Assembly: GCF_035548095.1 (NCBI RefSeq)
Contig: NZ_DASZUV010000032.1
Span: forward strand, 28,372-92,371
Reading direction: 5' to 3'
From: Rhodopila sp.
GTDB taxonomy: Bacteria > Pseudomonadota > Alphaproteobacteria > Acetobacterales > Acetobacteraceae
Length of the DNA stretch: 64,000 nucleotides
How positions within the stretch are numbered: position 1 is the stretch's first letter; each line of letters opens with the position of its first letter. Positions 40,417 through 51,227 of this stretch are shown piece by piece. The position numbers and the translations under genes were made by a program. The notes under the pieces were generated by a model. It saw only the letters and a program-made list of their open reading frames with translations. It searched no databases and had not been told where the DNA came from.

Positions 40417-41673
40417 ATGGCCTCCTTCCGGTTCATCCATTGTGCGGACCTGCATATCGATTCCCCCCTGCGCGGGCTGGAAGCCGATCCCGACGCGCCC
40501 GCCGACCGGATTCGCGCGGCGACGCGCGACGCCTTCCAGGCGCTGGTCGATTACGCGCTGGATCAGCGGGTCGACTTCGTCATCGCCGCCGGGGACCTGT
40601 ATGACGGGGAATGGCCGGACTGGCGCACCGGCCAGTTCCTGATCCGCCAGGTCGCGCGGCTGTCGGAGGCTGGCATCCCGTTCATCGCCATCAGCGGCAA
40701 CCACGATGCGCAAAGCGTCCTCTCCCGCGATCTGCGCCTGCCGGAGCCGGCGGTGAAACTGGACCACCGCAGGCCGCAGACGCTCCGGTTGGACCGCCTG
40801 GGCGTCGCCATCCACGGCCAGGGTTTTGCCAATGCCGCGGTGCGCGACGACCTGCGCCGCAACTATCCGACGCCAGAGCCGGGGCTGTTCAATATCGGCG
40901 TGCTGCACACCAACGTCGATGGCCGGCAGGGGCATGAGAACTACGCCCCCTGCGCGTTGGCCGACCTGCGCGCCCATGGCTACCACTACTGGGCGCTCGG
41001 CCATGTCCATACGCGCGCGGAACTGTCGGTGAATCCCTGGATCATCTATCCCGGCAACCTGCAAGGCCGCAGCGTGCGGGAGACCGGGCCGCGCGGCGCC
41101 TATGTCGTTTCGGTCGCCGACGACCGGACCGTTTCGCCGCCGGCCTTCGTCGCCTTCGACACGGTGCGCTGGGCGTCGCTGGCGGTGGATGTCTCCGGCG
41201 CAGCGGACGCCGATGCCGCCCTGGCCCTGGCGCGGGCCAGCCTGGCGGCGGCGGCGGCCGAGGCGGAGGACCGCCTGCTCGCCGCCCGCATCCGCCTGAC
41301 CGGCACCTCCGATGCCGCCGCGGCGCTCGGCCGCGCACCGGCGGATCTGAGGGAAAGGCTGCGCGGTGAGATCGCCGGCCTCGACCGGGTGTGGATCGAA
41401 AGCCTGTCCGTCGAGGTCTCGCCGCCCGGCCGGGACGACGCGGCGGCGGGGCCGCTGCTATCGGCGATCGGCCAGGTCGGTGCCGCCGATCTGGAGGAGG
41501 GCGCGGCAGCCTATTGCCAGGCCATGCTGGACCGACTGCCCGGCCTGCGCGACGAGCTGAAGACGCTGGAGGGGGCGGAGAACCTGCTGGCGCTGGACCG
41601 CACCCGAACCCTGCCGCCGCCGCTGCTGGCGAAGGCCAAGGCGCTGCTGCTGGCGCATCTGGGGGACGGCTAG
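40417..41673 (+). CDS. Mre11/SbcD-like DNA exonuclease (YhaO type)
   Basis: ADLHIDSP, AGDLYDG, GNHD, LHTN, YWALGHVH, YPGNLQGR. Confidence 0.92.
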   Translation: MASFRFIHCADLHIDSPLRGLEADPDAPADRIRAATRDAFQALVDYALDQRVDFVIAAGDLYDGEWPDWRTGQFLIRQVARLSEAGIPFIAISGNHDAQSVLSRDLRLPEPAVKLDHRRPQTLRLDRLGVAIHGQGFANAAVRDDLRRNYPTPEPGLFNIGVLHTNVDGRQGHENYAPCALADLRAHGYHYWALGHVHTRAELSVNPWIIYPGNLQGRSVRETGPRGAYVVSVADDRTVSPPAFVAFDTVRWASLAVDVSGAADADAALALARASLAAAAAEAEDRLLAARIRLTGTSDAAAALGRAPADLRERLRGEIAGLDRVWIESLSVEVSPPGRDDAAAGPLLSAIGQVGAADLEEGAAAYCQAMLDRLPGLRDELKTLEGAENLLALDRTRTLPPPLLAKAKALLLAHLGDG

Positions 41674-41923
41674 TGTCGGGGCGGGACGTGCGGGACCAGC
41701 CCCGGCCCCCTCCTCTGTCTTGGCGGCTGCGGGGGCGGCTGCGGGGGCGGCTGCGGACCTGCCGTTCACGGCTTGCCAACCGAGGACTCCGTCCGGAACA
41801 GCGCGGCTTCGACACAGCCAGGGATGGCAGGCCCATGCCCGTCGTGGCGGGGCGCGGTCGGTCACCCGCCGGCGCGCGGCACCCGGCACCGGTTCCATTC
41901 CCTTCGCCGCGATCGGATGGGCG

Positions 41924-44900
41924 ATGCGGCTGACCGCGCTCACCCTGACCAACTACGGGAACTTCCGGTCGGAACGGATCACCTTCTCCGCCGAACCGGG
42001 CACGCTGAACCTGCTGATGGCACCGAATGGCGGCGGCAAGTCGGTGCTGCGCGCGGCGTTCGCCGACCTGCTGTTCGGCATCGGCGGGCAAAGCCCGATG
42101 GGCTTCCGCTATGGCTACCCCGGCATGCGCATCCTGGCGGACGCAGTGGATGAGGCCGGCCAGCCCTTCTGCTTCGGCCGCCGCAAGGGCCAGGGCAACA
42201 CGCTGATCGACGCCGACGGGGCGGCACTGGACCCCACGGCCGTCGCGCGCTGGCTGGGCGCGGTGGACCGCAAGGCGCTGGACCGGCTGTTCGCGCTGGA
42301 TACCGACCGGCTGCGCGCCGGACGGGAAGACCTGCTGGACTCGCACGGCGATTTCGGCGCCGCCCTGGTATCCGGGGCCGGTGGCGCGCGCGACCTGCGT
42401 GCCCTGCGGCGCCGGCTGGAGGAGGCGCGCGACGCGCTCGCCCCGGCCCGGCGCGCGGCGAACCGGCCCTTCTATACGGCGCTGGACCGTTTCGTGGAGG
42501 CGCGCAAGCGGAAGGAAGCGGCGCTGCTGCGCCCCGACAGATGGAAGAAGATGCAGACGGCGTTGGCGGAAGCGCGGCGGGCCCAGGCGGCGCAGAACGC
42601 GATCGTCCAGGACGCCTCGGCCGGGATCGCGCGGCTGGAACGCATCCGCCGGGTGCGGCCGATCCTGGCGGCGCTGGACGCGGCCGCGTCGTGGTTGGAC
42701 GCGCATCCGCATGCGCCGGTCCTGGACGCGGCGCTGCAGCCGCGGCTGGCGAAGGCGCGGGAGCAGCTCGTCATCATCACGCAACGCCTGGTACGGGAAC
42801 GGGAGCAGGCGGCGCAGCTCGCCGCCCAGCGCGACGCGGTGACGGTGGAGGAGGCGCCGCTGGCCGAGGCGGAGGCGATCGACGCCCTGACCGAGATGGC
42901 CGGCGCCGCCCGCAAGGCGCGGGCGGACCTGCCGCAGGTGGCCGGTGAGGCGGATTCACGGCGCACAGCGATGGCGGAGCGGTTGCGGGACCTCGGGTCC
43001 AAGCTGCCGCCGGAGCGCGCCGGCGAGGTGGTGCCGCCGCGCGCCGTGGCGAACCGGGTCCGGCGGCTGATCAAGGACCGCGAGGCGCGGCGGCAGGCGA
43101 TGGAGGCGGCCACCGCCGCCGTCTCCCGGCAGACCGCGGCCCTGGCCGAATACCGCCAGGCGGCGGAGCGGTTGCAGGCTCCGGCCGATGTCTCGGCGCT
43201 GGAAGCGATGGTGCGGGAGATCCGCGCCGACGGCGATCCAATGCGCCAGCAGGCGGAACTGGGACAGCGCCACCGGCAAGCCGCGGCCGAACTGGAGACG
43301 GCGCTGGCGCATGTGCCCGGCTGGTCGGGTTCGGCCACCGATCTGGCTGCCCTGCCGGTGCTGGCGGCCGACACCTACCACCGGCACGCCGAGGCTTTGA
43401 AGGCCGCCGCGGCCCTGGCACAGCGGCGGCGGGAGGAAGCCGGGACCGCCCGGACCGATCGCGATGCGGCGCGAACCGCGCTGGAACGGCTGTCGGCCGG
43501 CGGGGCGGTGCCCGACGCGGCGGCGCTGGAGGCCGCGCGGCGCCACCGCGACCAGGGCTGGGACCTGGTCTTTCGGAAGGCGTTCTCCACCAGCCCGCCC
43601 GACGCGGCCGAGGAACAGACCTATACCGGCGGCCAGTCCCTGCCGCTGGTGTACCAGCGGGCGGTCGGCAACGCCGATCACATCGCCGATCAACGCATGC
43701 GCGATGCCGAGACCGCGGCCCGGATCGATGCCGCCGAGTCCGCCCTGGCCGTTGCCGGGACCAGACAGGCGGCGGCGGACGCAATGCTGCGCGAGGCGAT
43801 GGCCGCCCAGGCCGAGGCCATCGCGGCGTGGACCGATATCTGCCGTTCCCTGGGTGGGGCGTCCCTCAGTGGGGCGTCCCTCGGCGGGATGTCCCTGGGC
43901 GGGATGTCCCTGGGCGAGGCGCCGTCGTTGAACGAGGTGCTGGGGTTTCTGGCCGCCCGCGACAAGGCGATCGCGCAGCTCGCGGCGCTGGCCGTGGCCG
44001 AGGCGCAGCGGGCGGAGCTGGCGAGGCGGCATGACGGCTGGGCGAAGCGGCTGGCGGCATGGCTGGGGGCCGGACCCGATACGGACCTGGCGGCCCTGCT
44101 GGTCCAGGCCGATACCCGGCTGGCCGCCGCCCGCAAGGACGCGCAGGCCCAGGCGACGCTGGCCGGCGCGCTGAGCACGGCTGAAACCGCGCTGAAGCAA
44201 GCGCAGTCGGAGCTGGGTCGGGCGCAGGCCGGGATGGCCGCCTGGCAGCAGGACTGGGCGGCGGCGCTGCGCGAGCTGGGCCGTCCCCCCGACGAGGATC
44301 CGGTCGTCACCGAGGATGTCCTGGCCAGCCTGGACGAGCTGGCGGCGGCCCTGCGCCAGCACACCGAGCTGGCGGAGCGGGTCGGCGGCATGCGGCAGGA
44401 CATCGCCCGCTTCGGCGACGACGCGGCGGCCCTGGCGGCACGGGTTGCGCCCGACCTCGACCGGGCCGATCCATTCGCCCTGGTCTCCCAGCTCGGCCGC
44501 CGCCTGCAGGCCGCGCGGCAGGCCGCCGACCAGCGCGCGCTGCTGGCGGAGCAGGCGCGCCATGCCGAGGACAAGGCCGCGGTGGAGACGGCCCGCCAGG
44601 CGGCGATGCAGGACGAGCTGCAGGCCATCCTGGCCTCGATCGGCGCCGCGACCCCCGAGGCCGCCGACCAGCGCCTGGCCCTGGCCGCCGAACGCGCGCG
44701 GCAAGCCGCGGCGCTGGCCCAGGCACGCGACCGGCTGGCCGATGACGGGGACTCGCTGCCGGCGGACATGCTGCGTGCCGAAGTGATGGCGGTCCCCGCC
44801 GACGAAGCGCCGCGCCTGCTGCGGGAGGCCGAGGAAACGCGCCAGGCGGCGCAGGACGCGGCGCAGCGGGCGGCCGGCGTGGTCGCCGAGCTGACCCAGC

Positions 44901-45496
44901 AGATGCAGGCCGCGCAGGACGAGACCGAGGCCGTCGATGCCGCCGCCGACCAGCAGGCGGCCGTGGCCACCATGGGCCGGGTGCTGGAGGACGCGCTGCT
45001 GCATCACCTGGCCGCCGGCATCCTGGACAGGGCGCTGGCCGCCGTGGAGCAGGCGGACGAGCCGCGCATGCTGCAGCGGATCACCGCCCTGTTCGCCGAC
45101 CTGACCGGCGGCGCCTATGAACGGGTGCTGACCGAACCCGACGATGCCGGCAATGCGCGGCTGACCCTCGTGCAGCGGGCCGAGCTGCCGGACCGGCAGC
45201 AGGCGGTGGACGATCTGTCGGAGGGGACGCGCGACCAGCTCTATCTGGCGCTGCGGCTGGCGGCGATCGAAAAGCATGTGGAAACCGCGCCGCCTCTGCC
45301 CTTCATCGGCGACGACATCCTGCAGACCTTCGACGACGATCGGGCGGTGGCGGCGCTGCGGACCCTGCTGCATGTCAGCCGGCGGGTTCAGGTGATCCTG
45401 CTGACCCACCACCGCCACGTGCTGGACCTGGCGCGGCTGCTGCCCGCGGGGGCGGTCCATATCTGTCGCACCGGTGCAACGCTGGAAACCGCATGA
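41924..45496 (+). CDS. YhaN/AAA_27 SMC-Rad50-like coiled-coil ATPase
   Basis: Walker A APNGGGKS, long coiled coil, LSEGTRDQLYLALRLA, FIGDDILQTFDDDR, LLTHH; start at MRLTALTL. Confidence 0.9.
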   Translation: MRLTALTLTNYGNFRSERITFSAEPGTLNLLMAPNGGGKSVLRAAFADLLFGIGGQSPMGFRYGYPGMRILADAVDEAGQPFCFGRRKGQGNTLIDADGAALDPTAVARWLGAVDRKALDRLFALDTDRLRAGREDLLDSHGDFGAALVSGAGGARDLRALRRRLEEARDALAPARRAANRPFYTALDRFVEARKRKEAALLRPDRWKKMQTALAEARRAQAAQNAIVQDASAGIARLERIRRVRPILAALDAAASWLDAHPHAPVLDAALQPRLAKAREQLVIITQRLVREREQAAQLAAQRDAVTVEEAPLAEAEAIDALTEMAGAARKARADLPQVAGEADSRRTAMAERLRDLGSKLPPERAGEVVPPRAVANRVRRLIKDREARRQAMEAATAAVSRQTAALAEYRQAAERLQAPADVSALEAMVREIRADGDPMRQQAELGQRHRQAAAELETALAHVPGWSGSATDLAALPVLAADTYHRHAEALKAAAALAQRRREEAGTARTDRDAARTALERLSAGGAVPDAAALEAARRHRDQGWDLVFRKAFSTSPPDAAEEQTYTGGQSLPLVYQRAVGNADHIADQRMRDAETAARIDAAESALAVAGTRQAAADAMLREAMAAQAEAIAAWTDICRSLGGASLSGASLGGMSLGGMSLGEAPSLNEVLGFLAARDKAIAQLAALAVAEAQRAELARRHDGWAKRLAAWLGAGPDTDLAALLVQADTRLAAARKDAQAQATLAGALSTAETALKQAQSELGRAQAGMAAWQQDWAAALRELGRPPDEDPVVTEDVLASLDELAAALRQHTELAERVGGMRQDIARFGDDAAALAARVAPDLDRADPFALVSQLGRRLQAARQAADQRALLAEQARHAEDKAAVETARQAAMQDELQAILASIGAATPEAADQRLALAAERARQAAALAQARDRLADDGDSLPADMLRAEVMAVPADEAPRLLREAEETRQAAQDAAQRAAGVVAELTQQMQAAQDETEAVDAAADQQAAVATMGRVLEDALLHHLAAGILDRALAAVEQADEPRMLQRITALFADLTGGAYERVLTEPDDAGNARLTLVQRAELPDRQQAVDDLSEGTRDQLYLALRLAAIEKHVETAPPLPFIGDDILQTFDDDRAVAALRTLLHVSRRVQVILLTHHRHVLDLARLLPAGAVHICRTGATLETA

Positions 45497-45730
45497 CGGG
45501 CCGATCGGCCCGAGGATCGTTGGAATCGCGTCATTTTGCCGCCTCGGCGCCCGGCGGCGCCCCGCCGGGCGATGCTTAATCCTTTGCGGTGCAGCATCGG
45601 GACGGCTAAGACCCTTGACGGGTGCAGCCCGAGTCGCATCCGTCCGCCATGGCCGCGGGCGATCGAACCGTCCGGCTTCATGACGACGGCGGTCGCGCGC
45701 CCATCAACCGCTCCGGAGGCTGCCGAACCG

Positions 45731-46285
45731 ATGCCCGTTCTGTCCGATCGCTGGATACGCCGGATGGCGCGGGAGCACGGGATGATCGAGCCGTTCGTGG
45801 AGGCGCAGAAACGAGCGGGCGTGGTCAGCTACGGCCTGTCCAGCTACGGCTATGACGCGCGTATCGCCGATGAGTTCAAGATCTTCACCAATATCGACTC
45901 CGCGGTGATCGACCCGAAGGCGTTCGCGCCGTCCAGCTTCGTCGACCGCAAGACCGATATCTGCATCATCCCGCCGAACAGCTTCGCGCTGGGCCATACG
46001 GTGGAGTATTTCCGCATTCCGCGCGATGTCCTGGTGATCTGCCTGGGCAAGTCCACCTATGCGCGCTGCGGCATCATCGTGAACGTCACCCCGCTGGAGC
46101 CGGAGTGGGAAGGCCAGGTGACGATCGAGATCAGCAACACGACGCCGCTGCCGGCCCGGATCTACGCGCACGAGGGCATCTGCCAGTTTCTGTTCCTGCA
46201 GGGGAATGAGGCGTGCGAGACCAGCTATGCGGACAAGGCCGGCAAATACATGGGCCAGCGCGGCACCTCTCTGCCTCGCATGTAA
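45731..46285 (+). CDS. dcd: dCTP deaminase
   Basis: [34 protein letters not shown]. Confidence 0.97.
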   Translation: MPVLSDRWIRRMAREHGMIEPFVEAQKRAGVVSYGLSSYGYDARIADEFKIFTNIDSAVIDPKAFAPSSFVDRKTDICIIPPNSFALGHTVEYFRIPRDVLVICLGKSTYARCGIIVNVTPLEPEWEGQVTIEISNTTPLPARIYAHEGICQFLFLQGNEACETSYADKAGKYMGQRGTSLPRM

Positions 46286-46300
46286 AGATGTAGGACCAGG

Positions 46301-47560
46301 ATGGATCGCATCAGGATTCGCGGCGGCCGGCCGCTGTCGGGGGAGATCAAGGTGGGCGGCGCGAAGAATGCCGCGCTGCCGCTGATGGCGGCGGGGATGC
46401 TGACCGATGACCGGCTGATCCTGTCGAACGTGCCACGCCTGGCCGATATCGCCACGATGACCCTGCTGCTGGAACAGCATGGCCTCGCCGTCGAACCGCT
46501 GACCGAGGATGGCCGGATGCTGTCGATCGGCGGCGGCATCGCCAATACCGAGGCCCCGTACGACATCGTCCGCAAGATGCGCGCCTCGATCCTGGTGCTG
46601 GGCCCGCTGCTGGCCCGTGCGGGAGAAGCGCGGGTGTCGCTGCCCGGCGGCTGCTCGATCGGCACGCGCCCGGTGGACCTGCACCTGAAGGGGCTGGAGC
46701 AGATGGGTGCCCGCTTCGACCTCGACGGCGGGTATGTCGACGGCAAGGTGGACGGCAGGCTGCACGGGGCCAGGATCGTGTTCCCCTTCGTGTCGGTCGG
46801 TGCCACGGAAAACCTGCTGATGGCCGCGGCGCTGGCCGAGGGGGAGACCGTGCTGGCCAACGCGGCGCGGGAGCCCGAGATCGGCGACTTGGCTAGCTGC
46901 CTGGTGGCGATGGGCGCGCGGATCGACGGGATCGGCACCGACAAGCTGGTGATCCAGGGCGTCGATCAGCTGCACGCCGCGGAGCACGACATCATCCCCG
47001 ACCGGATCGAGACCGGCAGCTATGCCTGCGCCGCCGCCATCTCCGGCGGGTCCGTCTTCCTCCGCAATGCCCGTTTGGAGCATCTGGGCGCCACGGTGCG
47101 CATTCTGCGCGAGGCCGGGGTGGAGATCGCCCAGGAGGATGGCGGCCTGATGGTGACGCGGCTGAACGGGCTGCACGGCGCCGACGTGATGACGGAGCCC
47201 TATCCCGGCTTCCCGACCGATATGCAGGCGCAGTTCATGGCGCTCATGTCGGTGGCCGAGGGCGCCTCCATGGTCACCGAGACGATCTTCGAAAACCGTT
47301 TCATGCACGTTCCGGAGCTGAACCGGATGGGCGCGCGGATCAATGTGCACGGTGCCTCGGCGATCGTGCGCGGCGTGCCCTGTCTGCAGGGGGCGCCGGT
47401 GATGGCGACCGATCTGCGCGCGTCGCTGTCGCTGATCCTGGCCGGGTTGGCGGCGCGGGGGGAAACGGTGGTGAACCGTGTCTATCACCTGGATCGCGGC
47501 TATGAGGCCGTGGAACAGAAGCTTGCCGCCTGCGGGGCGGATATCGAGCGGATCTCGTAA
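46301..47560 (+). CDS. murA: UDP-N-acetylglucosamine 1-carboxyvinyltransferase
   Basis: [35 protein letters not shown]. Confidence 0.98.
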   Translation: MDRIRIRGGRPLSGEIKVGGAKNAALPLMAAGMLTDDRLILSNVPRLADIATMTLLLEQHGLAVEPLTEDGRMLSIGGGIANTEAPYDIVRKMRASILVLGPLLARAGEARVSLPGGCSIGTRPVDLHLKGLEQMGARFDLDGGYVDGKVDGRLHGARIVFPFVSVGATENLLMAAALAEGETVLANAAREPEIGDLASCLVAMGARIDGIGTDKLVIQGVDQLHAAEHDIIPDRIETGSYACAAAISGGSVFLRNARLEHLGATVRILREAGVEIAQEDGGLMVTRLNGLHGADVMTEPYPGFPTDMQAQFMALMSVAEGASMVTETIFENRFMHVPELNRMGARINVHGASAIVRGVPCLQGAPVMATDLRASLSLILAGLAARGETVVNRVYHLDRGYEAVEQKLAACGADIERIS

Positions 47561-47575
47561 GGAAAGAATCGTTTC

Positions 47576-48112
47576 ATGCGCATCGACGCCATCGCCATCG
47601 GCAAGAACCCGCCGGAGGACGTCAACGTCATCATCGAGGTCGCCATCGGTGGCGAGCCGATCAAGTACGAGATGGACAAGGAGGCGGGGACGCTGGTCGT
47701 CGACCGGTTCCTGTACACGCCGATGCGCTATCCGGGCAATTACGGCTTCGTGCCGCACACGCTGTCCGATGATGGCGACCCGATCGACGTGCTGGTGGCG
47801 AACACGCGGCCGATCGTTCCCGGCGCGGTGATCAACGTCCGGCCGGTGGGTGTCCTGAAGATGCAGGATGAGAACGGCGTGGATGAGAAGATCATCGGCG
47901 TGCCGTCACCGAAGCTGACCCAGCGCTATGTCCATGTGAAGAACTACACCGACATGCCGAAGATCACGCTGGAGCAGATCCAGCATTTCTTCGAGCACTA
48001 CAAGGACCTGGAACCCGGCAAGTGGGTCAAGGTCCTGGGCTGGGGCGACGCCGCCGAGGCGCGCTCGATGATCGCCGAGGCGATGGAGCGGGCCAAGAAG
48101 AAGGGCGTCTGA
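47576..48112 (+). CDS. ppa: Inorganic pyrophosphatase (family I)
   Basis: [30 protein letters not shown]. Confidence 0.97.
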   Translation: MRIDAIAIGKNPPEDVNVIIEVAIGGEPIKYEMDKEAGTLVVDRFLYTPMRYPGNYGFVPHTLSDDGDPIDVLVANTRPIVPGAVINVRPVGVLKMQDENGVDEKIIGVPSPKLTQRYVHVKNYTDMPKITLEQIQHFFEHYKDLEPGKWVKVLGWGDAAEARSMIAEAMERAKKKGV

Positions 48113-48307
48113 TCCGGCCGGCGTCCCGCGCATCGGCACTTCCCGCAGCATCCGCTCCTCGGCGGCGCGCAGGCCGGACAGGTTGGCGGCCTTGTGAGCC
48201 AGGATCGTCCCGGTCAGCTCCGCTCCGGTCATCGGTTCCCCCGCCGGTGGAAGGCGGACCGGCTCGTCCGTCCGTCTTGCCGGTGTGGCAGGAACCGAGC
48301 GGCGGGG

Positions 48308-48556
48308 TTACGGCAGGAATTTGTGGGTCCCGTCGCAACGGGGCGCGTTCCCGGTGTGCTTGCAGCCGCAGAAGGACACCACGCCGGACTCGGCGGCCTC
48401 AAATTTCAGGGGCGTGAAGCCGGAGCCCTTGTGGGAGCCGTCGCAGAACGGTTGCTTCCCGCTCTTGCCGCAGGCGCACCACCAATAGGCCTTCCCGGCC
48501 TCCACCTCGACCTTGTAGGAGCCTTTCTGGGCAATGACGGGCACTGTCTCGGACAT
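48308..48556 (-). CDS. CDGSH iron-sulfur domain protein
   Basis: WCACGKSGKQPFCDGSH and FCGCKHTGNAPRCDGTH. Confidence 0.93.
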   Translation of the reverse strand: MSETVPVIAQKGSYKVEVEAGKAYWWCACGKSGKQPFCDGSHKGSGFTPLKFEAAESGVVSFCGCKHTGNAPRCDGTHKFLP

Positions 48557-48577
48557 GACGTTCTTTCCCCTGCTTTT

Positions 48578-48684
48578 CTGAAGCGCGATAGCGTCAGGTT
48601 GACCCCCATCATGCCTGATCAACTCTTTGATTCAAGGGCGCGATCAGGCCCTCTCACCGCCGGCTTCAGGCGATCGCGCTCCAG
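48578..48684. mobile_element. MITE/REP-like element, full copy with imperfect terminal inverted repeats
   Basis: Left end CTGAAGCGCGATAGC; right end reverse-complements to CTGGAGCGCGATCGC (13/15 match). Confidence 0.75.
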
Positions 48685-48736
48685 CCGGGAAAGCGTAGCC
48701 GCCAATGTGACCGGGTGAAAGTCCGCGGGCGCCGCG

Positions 48737-49045
48737 TCAGCTGCGGCGGTGGGACCGGTGGGTGGATTTGCGGTTCGAGAAGGACAGCGACAGGCCGGTG
48801 CAGACGATTCCGCCGGCCGCCGGCACCAGCCAGGCCGGGCGGACCAGCAGCGGCTGGAACAGGGCGGTCCAGGCCCAGGGGCCGATCGCATGGGTGGTCC
48901 AGCTCGGCAGCCGGTCCAAGGCGCCCGGGGCCAGCAGATACAGCGCTTCGCCAAGCGACGCCATGCCGGAGCCGAATGTCGCGGCGGCGACGGCGGCTAC
49001 GAAGAACACGGCTGCGGCTATGGCGAAGGCGCGTTGGACGATCAC
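48737..49045 (-). CDS. Small membrane protein
   Basis: Hydrophobic segments, basic C-tail; GTG overlaps the msrP stop. Confidence 0.65.
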   Translation of the reverse strand: MIVQRAFAIAAAVFFVAAVAAATFGSGMASLGEALYLLAPGALDRLPSWTTHAIGPWAWTALFQPLLVRPAWLVPAAGGIVCTGLSLSFSNRKSTHRSHRRS

Positions 49046-49983
49046 ATGAACAACTTCTCATTTTTCAGGCCGGCATATAAAGCGGCAACTTGGTCCGCAT
49101 AGCCATTAAAAAGTTGTGTCGGAATCCTTTCATTCGTGCCTAGCAGGCGTTCGGTCGCCTGGCTCCATCGCGGATGCGGCACCGCCGGGTTCACATTCGC
49201 CCAGAAGCCGTATTCCGACGCCTGCAGCGCCTCCCAGAACGTGGCGGGGCGCTTGTCGGTGAAGCTGATCCTGACGATCGATTTCGCTGACTTGAACCCG
49301 TATTTCCATGGCAGGGTCAGGCGGATCGGGCCGCCATTCTGCGGCGGCAGCGGCTTGCCGTACAGCCCGGTGGAGATGAAGGCCAGCTCATTCGCCGCTT
49401 CGTCGATCGTCACCCCCTCGGTATACGGCCACGGGTAGAAATCGCTCAGGCCGGGCATCGACTTGTCCTGCGCGGTCTCGAACACGACGTATCTGGCCGA
49501 GGCCAGCGGATCGGCCAGCTTCACCAGCTTCGACAGCGGGAACCCGGTCCAGGGCACGGTCATGGCCCAGGCCTCCACGCAGCGGTGGCGGTAGATCCGC
49601 TCCTCCTGGGGAATCTGCGCCAGCAGGTCGTCGATGCCGATGGTACGCGGCTTGCCGACCATGCCGTCGATCCGGATGGTCCAGGGCCGCTGCGGCAGGG
49701 CCTGCGCCTCCCGCCAGATCGACTTGTCGGTGCCGAACTCATAGTAGTTGTTGTACGTGGTGGCGTATTTGGCGTCGGTGACGGCGCGGCCCGCGTTGCT
49801 GAAGGCCGGGTTCACCGGCGCCGAACCCGCCGCGGCGGCGGCCGGCTGATCGGCTCGCGCGATGGCGGGCAGGATGGCCAGGGCGCCGGCCGCGGCCAGC
49901 CATGCGCGGCGATTGAGGACGATAGGCTCCGGCGTGACCCGGTGTTCCGGGATCTCCCAGCCGCGTCGCCTGATCACCTGCAT
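49042..49983 (-). CDS. msrP: Protein-methionine-sulfoxide reductase catalytic subunit MsrP
   Basis: Tat [48 protein letters not shown]. Confidence 0.96.
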   Translation of the reverse strand: MQVIRRRGWEIPEHRVTPEPIVLNRRAWLAAAGALAILPAIARADQPAAAAAGSAPVNPAFSNAGRAVTDAKYATTYNNYYEFGTDKSIWREAQALPQRPWTIRIDGMVGKPRTIGIDDLLAQIPQEERIYRHRCVEAWAMTVPWTGFPLSKLVKLADPLASARYVVFETAQDKSMPGLSDFYPWPYTEGVTIDEAANELAFISTGLYGKPLPPQNGGPIRLTLPWKYGFKSAKSIVRISFTDKRPATFWEALQASEYGFWANVNPAVPHPRWSQATERLLGTNERIPTQLFNGYADQVAALYAGLKNEKLFM

Positions 49984-50222
49984 GTCGGTATCTCCTGTTC
50001 GGGGATCGCCCGCTGAAACTGGGCGTGGCCGGGAATTGTGCAACGGCCGGGGAAGTGACTCCCATAAGCCGCGGGCGTTACAGGCGGATGCGCCGGCGGT
50101 CCCTTGAGGGCCGTCCCTTGGGAGGCCGTCCCTCAACGGCCGCCCCGCGGGTGATGGCGCGACTGGTGACGACGAAGCGGGAATGCCGGATAGTGCCGCC
50201 GCGATCCATCAGGAGGCCGTCC

Positions 50223-51227
50223 ATGCACCTCGCTCGCTTTCCCCGCGTGCACCTGTTCCCCGCGCCGACCCCGTTGGAGCGGCTGGACAACCTGACCAGG
50301 GCGCTGGGCGGGCCGGAAATCTGGATCAAGCGGGACGATTGCACCGTGGTGGCGACCGGCGGCAACAAGGTCCGCAAGCTGGAATGGCTGATCGGCGAGG
50401 CTCTGGCCCAGGGCGCCACGCATGTCGTGACCCAGGGCGCCGTCCAGTCCAACCACGTCCGCCAGACCGCCGCCGTCGCCCGCAAGTTCGGCCTGGCGTG
50501 CACGGCGCTGCTGGAACACCGGATCGACACCAATGACCGCGACTACCTGGGCAGCGGCAACGTGCTGCTGGACAAGCTGTTCGGCTGTCATATCGAATAC
50601 CGGCCCGGCGGCCTGGACATGAACGCCGAGGCCGAGAGGAAGGGTGAGGAACTGCGCAAGGCCGGGGAAAAGGCGTACGTGATCCCGGGCGGCGGATCGA
50701 ACCGGGTCGGCGCGCTGGGCTATGTGTCCTGCGCGCAGGAACTGGTGCAGCAGGCCGATGAGCAGGGGCTGGCGATCGACCGGCTGGTGACCGCGACCGG
50801 CAGCGCCGGCACCCATGCCGGGCTGCTCGTCGGGCTGGAAGGCACCCATGCCGATATCCCGGTGCTGGGCATCGGCGTGCGTCTGCCCCGCGACAAGCAG
50901 GAGGCGAACGTGCATCGCCTGGCCCAGGCGACCGCCGATTATGTCGGCATCAAGACCGGCATCCGGCGCGACGCGGTGGTGGCCAACTGCGACTATGTGG
51001 GAGAGGGCTACGGCATTCCCACCCCCGGGATGGGCGAGGCGGTGACGCTGCTCGCGCGGGAGGAGGGAATCCTCCTGGACCCGGTCTACTCGGGCAAGGC
51101 GATGGCGGGCATGATCGACCTGATCCGCAAGGGCGAGATCAAGGCGGGGGAGCGCGTCGTCTTCCTGCACACGGGCGGGGCCGTCGGCCTGTTCGGCTAC
51201 ACGCCATTCCTGGAGGGGATCGTCTGA
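50223..51227 (+). CDS. dcyD: D-cysteine desulfhydrase / ACC-deaminase family PLP enzyme
   Basis: [36 protein letters not shown]. Confidence 0.9.
   Translation: MHLARFPRVHLFPAPTPLERLDNLTRALGGPEIWIKRDDCTVVATGGNKVRKLEWLIGEALAQGATHVVTQGAVQSNHVRQTAAVARKFGLACTALLEHRIDTNDRDYLGSGNVLLDKLFGCHIEYRPGGLDMNAEAERKGEELRKAGEKAYVIPGGGSNRVGALGYVSCAQELVQQADEQGLAIDRLVTATGSAGTHAGLLVGLEGTHADIPVLGIGVRLPRDKQEANVHRLAQATADYVGIKTGIRRDAVVANCDYVGEGYGIPTPGMGEAVTLLAREEGILLDPVYSGKAMAGMIDLIRKGEIKAGERVVFLHTGGAVGLFGYTPFLEGIV

Noticed and set aside
42956-45460. 834-aa minus-strand ORF (likewise 30489..32831 and 23040..25331)
   Set aside because: Antisense shadows of yhaN, ggt and thiC, typical of high-GC DNA.
47906-48232. 108-aa minus-strand ORF
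   Set aside because: It overlaps ppa antisense and has no motif or clear SD.
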